Shown in pieces: positions 1-8,840 of a stretch of DNA of 64,000 nucleotides (positions within the stretch are counted from its first letter, which is position 1; every line of letters begins with the position of its first letter). The DNA comes from Vicugna vicugna. Its lineage: Eukaryota. The stretch covers positions 4,634,773-4,698,772 of the forward strand of contig MU059418.1 of assembly GCA_013265495.1 (NCBI GenBank). The letters run 5' to 3'. Under the pieces are notes generated by a model. That model made no database searches, was not told where the DNA came from, and saw nothing but the letters and a program-made list of their open reading frames with translations. The translations under genes and the position numbers were made by a program.

Positions 1-682
1 AAATCATCCCTCATCCGTGAGGCCTTCTGTAACCACTACACAGCATATGCATTCCTTATAGATATAATAATGCTCTCCAGCACCCCCATCCTCTTAATTT
101 TTCTCCCTTTGCAATCACCACCATCTCACATACATTTACTTGTTTTTATTATTCTTGCCTCTGTTAGAATATGAGCTCTTCGAGGTCAGAGGCTTTGCTC
201 ACAACTGAATTCCCAGTGCCTGGAACAGTGCTTGGCACATGGTGGGAGCTCTAGATACATTTGATGAATGAATAAATGGTGTTGCTCATAGATGAACTAG
301 TCACCAGTGGATGAAGGATGACTTCTGCTCAGAGTAGACGAATAGGTTTAAGAGCCCAGTTCTGGGCTGGACCGCCTAGGTTTGAACCCCAGCTGTTTCC
401 TTATCAGCTGTGACTGTGGCAATTCAGTTAACCCTTCTGTGCCCCAGTTCCTTGTCTGCAAAATGACAAGGAGGCCAACGTCTCCCATTAGGCTGTGTGA
501 TGAGCACACGGGACACCCCACGTGAAGCTGCCCGGCTGGCACGCGAGGGTTTGGTATGTGTTAGCTTTTTTTTTTTAATTCTACCTTGTAACACCACCTT
601 GGGAAATGTAACTATGTAAAACAATAGAAAAAATTAGGGTGAAGATAAAACAAAATGGAAATGCAGACCAGTATGGGGGAAT

Positions 683-688
683 TTTATT
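683..688 (-). terminator. GHRH: GHRH polyadenylation signal AATAAA
   Basis: Plus-strand TTTATT at 683-688, about 95 nt downstream of the exon-5 TGA. The minus strand reads ...AAATACAATAAAATTCCCCCATAC, resembling the recalled human GHRH 3' end. Confidence 0.85.
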
Positions 689-783
689 GTATTTCTTAAG
701 GAAAAGTAGGTCAGAAATTAAGCAGGATTAACTGGATGCAGTGGTGTCTCAGTTGCAGCTAGCAGAGAACACAGGCAGAATCT

Positions 784-799
784 TCACCCTTGGGAATTC
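784..799 (-). CDS. GHRH: GHRH exon 5, coding part (R/NSQG-stop in the ancestral frame)
   Basis: Acceptor ttctcttttttctgcaacag|G AAT TCC CAA GGG TGA gives the conserved prepro-GHRH C-terminus RNSQG*. With the exon-4 deletion as written, the frame instead runs to TAG at 759-761. Confidence 0.9.
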
Positions 800-2734
800 C
801 TGTTGCAGAAAAAAAGAGAAAGCTGGGGGCACGGAAGTCAGGGCAAGATAGGACAGGACACCTGGAACTAGGGTGCCGGGGACTCCAGTGTCAGGACGGA
901 CTGACTGGATTCAAGAAGAACCTCAGTCTCGCCCCAGCTTCCCCCAGCCCACTCCCAGGGGGATCCTGGGCCCATCACTTCGCCTTGAAAAAGCCGCCTC
1001 TCCTCCCCAGATGGGGTTAGATTAGGTCGTTCCTTCCAGCACATACATTCACCACCCCTTAACATCTCTTACTATTTATCACAAATTAAATAATCCACCG
1101 GACAGGCACTTGTTTCATGTCCGCCTGCCTCAGTGCATTATGAATCCCATGAACGCAGAGACCACTGCTGTCCCATCCACTGCTGTCCCTGTCATCCCCC
1201 CAGCACCTGGCACATAGGTGTCTTTGGATAATTTTTAAGGGATGGGAAGATGGATAAAACTGAACGTGTTCCCTTACAGGGTTGTTACATGGACATAAAG
1301 TGTGGTGAGTGCAAAAGGACGCCATCTGCCAAATCACTGTACTCTGCACTCTCAAGGTATAAGAACTCGTTTGGATGTTGTGTTTTCTCCGGCCCACCAG
1401 TCATGTCCTGGCACTTGCAGCAGTTGAGCTGCAGGGGGATGGATGGCTGTTGCAGCCTCAGGCCCCTTCCCGATGCTCCATGACTTCGAGCCCTGTGAAG
1501 CCTCTGGCTTTTAACCTGTACGAACAAAGCCTGCATTCTTAGGACTTGGCCCTCCTTGGGGCCACTCCGCCCCACTGGGGCCTGGTGGGAGCCAGAAAGC
1601 AGGTGAATGACTACCGAATCCCAGCATGACCGGGGCCCAGCATGACTAGGGAGGCATTACTCTTTGGGGCATTGTTTTTAGAATTCCAACCTTAGGGACC
1701 TTGACAGAGGTTCGAGCTAACCCATTCCTTCCAAAGGAGGGAAATAGGAAGCCAATTTGTTGGCTGTGGAACCAGATGTGGGGCTCAGGTACCCATCCTG
1801 CCTGCCAGGCTGGTTCTCGCCCCTCCTGCGTTCTGCTTGTCAGCCTGCTGCTACTTGCATCTCCCCAGGACTGTACTTGGTGTGATCTCTGAGCTCTTGG
1901 GGTCTAATTAGGCTGAGAAGAAAGTGAGGGAGCACATGGAGAGCTCTGCTGGGAACTGGATTTGCTTAATAGGTTGGTCCAGAAGTGCCTGTCAGAGGCA
2001 CACTGGGGCATGTTTGTGCTCACAGTTCAAAGTTGGGCTCTGAAATACAGCAGTTTCCCTAAAGAAGTCACGTCATTTTGGGGAAATTTTGTCTGTAAAG
2101 TGGAGTTCACTGAAGGAGCTTCAGGGAAACAAGGAAGGTCTTGGGCCTGCCTAGTCCCTGACATGGGGCCAGATGCTGCCCCTTCTTGGCCTCAGTTTTC
2201 CTCCTCTGTAAAATGGGAAGACTCATTCCTGCTCTTCCCTGACATCCGATGGGAATGTGAGGGTCAGTGAGAGGGGAATGACTGTCATTTCCATCTCTCT
2301 CTCTCTCATGAGTGCTGCTCACCCTAGTCCATCTGAGGCTGTTGGGAGGGGCTGTTCTCCCTTTGGCTTTCTGGTTTTGTGAACTTGGCAACGGATCCAA
2401 GGCCTGTCTCTCAGACCAACAGCATCTGAGTCCCCTGAGACACTTGTTAAAATTCAGGTTCCTGGGTCCCATCCCAGAACTGTTGAGTAAGGAGCATTTC
2501 TGGACACAGACACTGAGCCTGCCCTCTTGCTCCACACTGGAGATACAGCAGTGAATAAGACTGAGTCTCCATCACACGTTTTCTTCCCTTCTTCTGGTTC
2601 TTGATGTGTGGAAGGAGGGACCTCACTCCCTGTTTGCTTGGCAGGGCCCCATACCTTTGGAGAGGAGGAGAGTCTTTCCTTCTCCTGGTCACCTCCTGGG
2701 AGGGAAGCTTCTGAGGTCCCTACATACACACACC

Positions 2735-2783
2735 TGCACATGTGTGTGCACGCGCACACACACACACACACACACACACATAT
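2735..2783. repeat. (CA)13 microsatellite within a 49-bp alternating purine/pyrimidine tract
   Basis: tgcacatgtgtgtgcacgcgc(ca)13tat read directly; pure CA repeat at 2755-2780. Confidence 0.95.
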
Positions 2784-2789
2784 TCCTAC

Positions 2790-2908
2790 CTGTGCTGCTG
2801 CAGCAGGGCCACAGGGTGCTCTCCAATACCATCTGCTTTTGGTCTGCCCACACACCGTCCACCTGACGGCCAGCCCGTACCCTTGCTCCTTGCTCCTGGT
2901 TTCTCTCT
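2790..2908 (-). CDS. GHRH: GHRH exon 4 (119 nt; GHRH residues 32-44, amidation signal GR, C-peptide)
   Basis: aaatag|A GAG AGA AAC CAG...CAC AG|gtagga; translates (G)ERNQEQGARVRAGRQVDGVWADQKQMVLESTL. It is one nucleotide short of the length needed to keep frame with exon 5. Confidence 0.95.
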
Positions 2909-3169
2909 CTATTTGATTTGAAAAAGAGAAACAACTGAGGTTGCTATTTGGGTAGGACGCGGAGAGGCCTGGGAAAGGCCAGGGCAAGGTAGGCAGAGCA
3001 AGACGGGTCCATGTACCTATTCCAATATCTGGCATACACTCTTGCATCCAAATGAATTAGACTCAGCAACATTTAAGAAGGCAGTGTTTATAGGAGGGAA
3101 GACTACAGGATGTGAAATACACACTTGCAAAATATCTTCCTACAGATGACTTACTAGTTACAAAGGAGA

Positions 3170-3890
3170 AAATGTTAACTTTATAGAGGAGGAAACCTGC
3201 AGATACCACGCTAAGTGATCAGTTACTGTCACCAATGGGACACACTGATACCTTGTGCCTCCTGATAGGCTGCACTGAGAAGGACGCACCATCAGTTCTG
3301 TGCATAACGTGAATCTAATCATGAGGAAGCACCAGGCAAGTCTGATACGAGGGACTTTCTATAAAGAATTGGCCTTTACGAATCACAGATGTCAGTGTCA
3401 TGAAAGACACTGAGGAATGGGCCAGATTAAAAGACACTAAAGAGACACAACGATGAAATGCCGCCTGTGATGATGGATTGGATCCTGGATGAGGAAGATC
3501 AATAATTGTTATAAAGGACATTTTGGGACAACTGGTGAAATCTGAATATAGACTCTAATTGATGATTATACCGTGATTATGTAAGAGAGTATCCTTTGAT
3601 TAGCTTTTAGGAGACACACACGCAGAAGTGCTTAAGGGTAAAGGGTCTATGATGACTGCAATTCACTCTCAAATAGCTCAGCAAAAGAATAATAATAATA
3701 ATGTGTACATGGTTTGTGTGTGTATGCCTAGATCTATATCTAGGTATAGACATAGAGTAAGAAAATACAATAGAAATATTAGGAATTGTTGAATATAGGG
3801 AAGGGTATTGGAAGCTGTTTTTAATATTTTTACTATTGCTGCAACTCCTCTGTACGTCTGGAATTTTTTCAAATTCCAAATAAAAACTAA
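3170..3890 (+). mobile_element. Old L1 3' end (L1MC-like) in GHRH intron 3
   Basis: Recognisable L1MC 3'UTR phrases (aatctaatcatgaggaa, gtcagtgtcatgaaagac, gattggatcctgga, aaggacattttgggacaactggtgaaatctgaat). Confidence 0.7.
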
Positions 3891-4372
3891 GAAGTGTTCA
3901 GGCTGTGGAGTCAGGCTGTTTGGACGCTAACTCTGCCATTCTTTCGTGTGTGTCATTTAGAAGTCATTATTGTAGCTTCTGTATGATGGGGATAAGAGTA
4001 CCTACTTTGTTGAGTTGTTAGAAACAGCACATAAGAAACTGAGAACCATGGCTAATAATACCAAGGGCTTACTCTGTGCCTGGTATTTGCTGAGTACATG
4101 TAAATGTCCCAGTGCAAAGTCTTTGTTTCTGGCACAGAGTCACAAACAAGTGGTAACTGCCACTGGCATTGTTACTGTTGGAGCCCAGCATAGGGACGAG
4201 CACATAGCGGGTGTTCAGTGATCATTTATTAGTTAGAGGTAAGCTGAAGTTTGACATTGGAGCCCTTCTGCTAAGGCAAGTCCAGAAATGACAGATGCTA
4301 TGCAAGGAAAGAGACCCTCCAAACTGTGATGCATTTGGAGAGAGGGGAGAAGTCACTAGAACATCTGCTCAC

Positions 4373-4477
4373 CCCTGCTGTTTGCTCATGATGCCCTGGA
4401 GCAGCCTGAGGGCAGACAGCTGGCCCAGCACCTTCCGGTAGCTATTGGTGAAGATGGCATCTGCGTACCGCGGCATC
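4373..4477 (-). CDS. GHRH: GHRH exon 3 (105 nt; propeptide end plus GHRH 1-31)
   Basis: ctactag|G ATG CCG CGG TAC GCA GAT GCC ATC TTC ACC AAT...CAG CAG GG|gtgagc = (R)[34 protein letters not shown](G); clear GHRH N-terminus. Confidence 0.98.
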
Positions 4478-4789
4478 CTAGTAGAAAGAGTCAGTCAAAG
4501 GGTGGAGTGGGAGACCCAGGTAGGGGCAGAGGTAGCTGTGCTCACTGGGTCTTTGTAACATTCTTCTGCTGCCATTTGTCCTGCTCATCCCCAGAGAGAG
4601 CTGGAATCCAGGCTGGGTGACCTCTCTGGGGCTCCAGTCTGCCTTCCTCCCAGAGAGGAGCAGTGGAAGCTGCCTGAGGAGATAGCTGGGGGCCAGGGGC
4701 TGGCTCAATTCTGCATCCCCTAGCACTACCCCTGGCAGGGATGGCTTTGGGGTGGCAGAAATCCAAGCCCTGTTATCGGGACTGCTTAC

Positions 4790-4869
4790 CTGAGGGGCTG
4801 GGAGGGTGGGGAACCGTGGGAGCCGCTGCTGAGGGTGAGGGTCACGAGGAAGACCACCCAGAGCAGCAT
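4790..4869 (-). CDS. GHRH: GHRH exon 2, coding part (signal peptide); the exon begins at 4890
   Basis: cccag|GTGCCACCGCAGGGGTGAAGG ATG...CTC AG|gtaagc = MLLWVVFLVTLTLSSGSHGSPPSQPL(R); hydrophobic signal peptide close to bovine/porcine prepro-GHRH. Confidence 0.97.
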
Positions 4870-6957
4870 CCTTCACCCCTGCGGTGGCACCTGGGAAGTG
4901 ACAGACAGGAGGAGAAGGTCAGGGGTGGCCATAGCCGCTGGGACGCCCTTTGCTGGCTGGGCCCAGCCCTGGGCTTGGCTCCATGCAAGCTTTGGTCTTT
5001 GTCCTTTGGAAGCTGTGGGGTGGGAAAAAGAACACAGACTCTGGAAGTCAGACACACCTGGTTCAAGTTCTGCCTCTGCCAGGTTCTCCATCTGTAAAAT
5101 GGGCACAGTGAGGCTACCCTGCTGACCTCACAGGCTTGAACACAGAATGAAGGATAATGGTGAAACTGCCCCTTCCTGTAATGCCATTGTACATGGGATT
5201 CAGGCCTCAGCCAGGAATAGGGGAGGAGCAAGCACCTTTCCTTCGTCCCCTAAGGCACCCCCACCGCCCTCCCCCAGTGTGGCACTGACAGTAGCGGGGA
5301 CGGGGGACTAACAGCTCAGGCTCTGAGTCAGAGCAGTCTGAGTTCTCATCTGGGCACCGCCATCACTAGCTGTGTATCCCAGGACTTCTCCTTTCTGGAC
5401 CTCAGTTTCCTTATTCATAAAATGGAGTTGATAACTCTACCCACTGCACGGGGCCCTTGTGAGCGGTAGATGAGTTGAGGCACCAGAAGTGAATGCTTGG
5501 CACGTGGGGAGTTCTCCACAAACCTCTGCTCTGATGACCTAGTATTAGACCCTCAGAGGGCAGGCTGTCTTGGCCACACATCTTGCTCCAGGCCGTTAGA
5601 TTTCTCAGAAGAGTTTTAGCCCTGGAAGGGACCAAGGAGCCTGGGGAGCCCATGTGGCAAAATCATCTAGTAGATCACTAATTACCCTTAATTGGGGTCT
5701 GCTGACACCGTGCTCGGCAATTAGGGGAGGAACAGTCAACAGAGGAGAGAGCCCGCCTTGGCTTGGGAGGTGACTCTGCTGTCAGCCCAGCGGCCATGTG
5801 GGAATGGCTGGCCTCGGATGACTCAGCCACCTAAGAACTGGGTCCTCTCTTCTCCCATGGGCACCCCCTCTCAGCAGGATGTCCACTCCATGGGGTACAG
5901 GCCTATTCCAAGACTCAGCCAGCCCCGGAGAGGGAAGGACCCCTCAGGTTCCACCATCTCCCCACATCACTCTGTCTCCAGGGGACAGAGCTGGCCCTGG
6001 TGGAACCCACTTCCTTTTCTGGGCTCACGTGCCCTCCCAGGACACCCCCACCTTCTCCCAGTCATTGGGGTCTCAACTCACCCAGGAATGTCCTGAGACC
6101 TCAGGAAGCATCCATGGGGACCACTCAGTGCTACCCGAGACCCCTGTACCTCCAGTGCTGGAGGGAGCAGCCGCCCAGCCTCCGTCACCAGACCCTCTTG
6201 GATGTGCATCCCTCCATCTCCCTCCCCCAACAGACAGTCCTCCAGTTTCAGCTCAGACACTTGCTGCCGGTGAGAGACAGGGAGTCTGTCCTGCTTCCAG
6301 GCAGTTCTTCTTGTTAGGAAGTTTTTCTCATCATGTCAAGCCCAAGTCTCCTTATCCTGAAGACACTTGTTAAACTTCTACAATTCTGGTAAGGACTGGG
6401 GCTAGAGAAAAGATGAGAACATGGCATTTGCTTCCAAGGGCTTCCCTGTTGACATCCACCTGCTGTGCCTCCCAGAGCTTCTGCACCTTCATCCGCATGA
6501 CAAGCCCTTTAGACTTTTGCCTCTGACTTAGGCCTTGGCTTCCGGGACCAGGGGCTTTCAGTCTTCTCTTCTCATCACACCCTATTCCACCTGGCTCCCC
6601 TCTTCCCGACCAGCTCCACTGCGGAATTTCCTAAACAGGAAGATCTTTGGTGGCAAAGAGGTCTCCCTGACACAACCACAGATTTTTCTGTCCCCCAGCC
6701 GCAGCCTGGGCTTTCTTGCCTTCTTCCCTGCTGACTCGTTAATGACCTGGGCACGTCCAGGCCCCCAGTCACCTCACTCCCCTCTCAGAAGCACTTGTAC
6801 CCCACCCCCTTCAGAGTAAAGCCCAAACCCCCGCTCCTGATCTAAGCTCCCCTGTGGCCTCCCTCCCTGCTGCCCTCTCTCCCAGGGCTGGCACAAGTGA
6901 TTCCCAGGCCCCGTGTCCCCCTGCACAGCCCACCCTCACGCTCGCCCACAGGAACAT

Positions 6958-7008
6958 GTATCATGATCTCCATTTTACAGCCAAGGAAATGAATCTGCAG
7001 AGGAGAAG
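6958..7008 (+). mobile_element. Truncated MIR fragment
   Basis: atgatctccattttacagccaaggaaatgaatctgcagagg resembles the MIR core atccccattttacagatgaggaaactgaggctcagagagg. Confidence 0.65.
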
Positions 7009-7009
7009 G

Positions 7010-8470
7010 GCCTTTATCCGTGGTCCTCCAACAAATTAGTTTTGGAGTGGGCACTTCCGAATGGGCCTTGCCATTCCCAGGCCAGCAGACTTCCTCCTGC
7101 TCCGTGAAGCGGCCTCTCACATACAGTCCCCTATTCACAGTACTCCCTATTCATGGGGAGCTTGAGAATTCATCACCTGCACATGGGAAACCGTCCTGAG
7201 AAGACTGAAAGCTTCTGTTCTTTGTTACTGGGTCTCTGGGGAAGAAAAAAGGGGAACGAATAGAAACACCTGCTTGGTTGGTGCGTCCCTGTGCACATCC
7301 AATGGTTTTAGAGAGTTGGAAACAATCTGATAAGACGGGAGACTTTGAGGTGGGGCAAGTCATAGTAAATCCAGTAAACCCTGGTCATTTAGAATGAGGC
7401 TAGGCAACCTTATAACCTGGCTAACCCAGAGGCACAACATTTGCCATAAGCCGCATGGCCCAGGGATGGACCAAGACACCATTGTAATCTCCGGGCTATG
7501 AGAACCTTATCCATGAGGTTGCAACATCCCACTAGACCAAGAAGGAAGACAATGAGAATTATCCAGCTTACGTATAAGAATAGAGGGTGTGTCACTAAGG
7601 ATACAAGAGCCGTTGGTAGACATCTTCCACATGACTACTCTAAGGAGCTGGAAGTCACTGAATTAAATCCAGCACGAGTCTGACGGCACCGTCGATGACC
7701 CCTTGGTGGCTCCAAAGGCATTTCAGAGTTTGTAGCTATTATTACGAGCATCAGCTCTCCGTGGGGCTTACAAACTGATTCTGTGATGAAATATATTTGC
7801 GGTCGTCTGGATTCAGGATAAATGGGCACTGGATCTACATCCATTGGCACCGTTTTGCCAGCCTTCATGCCAGGAACACTACAAGAATTTTACCGATGAC
7901 CCTTCAGCTAACAGCAGGGGTCAGGTCTCCAGTGCCATACCAACAAGGCCATTTTTGAACTCCTAGGGGAATAAACTTACACCTTTCGTAAATATTCTGC
8001 TGTGTAATTTAAGAACGCTAGAGCATTGACACCCTGATCCAGTCTATAAGTTGTTTTGCCAATAGTGTGCCAAGTCGAAGGAGATCTAAGTTTTTAATAA
8101 GGAGGCATCTTGAATGGTCATTCAAACGAGTGACACCCCACCTCCTTCCCAGAAACAGAAGGTAAAAGATACAGATACTTCAGGACCATTAAAGTACGGG
8201 TCAAGAGACAAGCAGGGAGGCAATGGAGCTCTCCAAGGGCAGATAATTGTGTCTAAAGTAAGGAGCATGGCTGCAGTTGAGCAAAAATGTTATTAATTTC
8301 CAGGCAATTATGTTGAATTGGTATTGAGTGATCAGTGAGCAGAACTGATTTGCACAGCCACTTGGTTCCCTTCTGGTCCACTGCAGAATCCTGTTGTTGA
8401 CAGGAGAATCTAGCCAGCTGACGTCTTGCCCCAGAAGCCTACCTGCACATCCTCGAAGGAGCACTGAGAC
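7010..8470 (-). pseudogene. Candidate endogenous bornavirus-like L (RdRp) element, degraded, in GHRH intron 1
   Basis: Colinear peptide matches to recalled BoDV-1 L across frameshifts: LLGQDV..ARF (8437-8406), IFAQLQPCSLL/RHN (8288-8246), LDP/LMV (8205-8184), FKM (8114-8106), AEYL (8000-7989), KWP (7954-7946), MDVDP (7844-7830), DRKYISS (7804-7784), RLVLDLIQ (7681-7658), PW (7465-7460), LCLWVSQVIRLPSLILNDQGLLDLL*LAPP (7437-7348), [13 protein letters not shown] (7234-7189), STVNRGLYVR (7144-7115). Boundaries are approximate; the element may extend to ~8640. Confidence 0.75.
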
Positions 8471-8735
8471 CTCATCTGCCTCCAACAGACACCTGGCACG
8501 TATTTGCCCGTCACATCTTCATGGATTGAGGTCCACACATCCAAGAGAACCTCAAAATGGCACCAACCATCAAAAGCATGTTCCAGAGCCCCTAATGAGG
8601 GGTCTAAAATGTACTCACCAGTCCATGGACAAAGAGGATGGCAGTGGGCCTCTCTGACGTGGTGTCTCTGAGTTGGTGAGAAGGTCAGCTTTCTTGCCCC
8701 CATCCAGCCCAGCCCCCAGGGCCACCCGCTCTCAC

Positions 8736-8810
8736 CTCTGATGCGGCAGATCTCCCTCTGCTATGAGATGCTGCTCCCGCTCCACGGACCCCGGGCTCAG
8801 TGTTTGCTCC
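8736..8810 (-). other. GHRH: GHRH non-coding exon 1 (putative hypothalamic first exon)
   Basis: Donor CAGAG|gtgaga at 8736/8735, GC-rich leader, TATA box ~25-30 nt upstream. The TSS position is estimated. Confidence 0.75.
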
Positions 8811-8833
8811 AGCGGCCGCGAGGCGCTCTTACC

Positions 8834-8840
8834 ATTTATA
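8834..8840 (-). promoter_or_regulatory. GHRH: GHRH TATA box (TATAAAT)
   Basis: Plus-strand atttata at 8834-8840, placed appropriately upstream of the exon-1 donor. Confidence 0.75.

Noticed and set aside
7410-7868. ORFs 7635-7868 (containing PMDVD) and 7410-7595 (TM-like LFLYVSWIILIVFLLGLVGCC) read as gypsy gag or retroviral env
   Set aside because: No zinc knuckle, immunosuppressive domain, LTRs or PBS. The colinear Mononegavirales-L reading explains far more of the segment, and the TM-like peptide is an off-frame by-product.
8655-8662. TGACGTGG (UPRE/CRE-like) near the GHRH exon-1 donor
   Set aside because: A single 8-mer, about expected by chance in 64 kb, with no supporting context.
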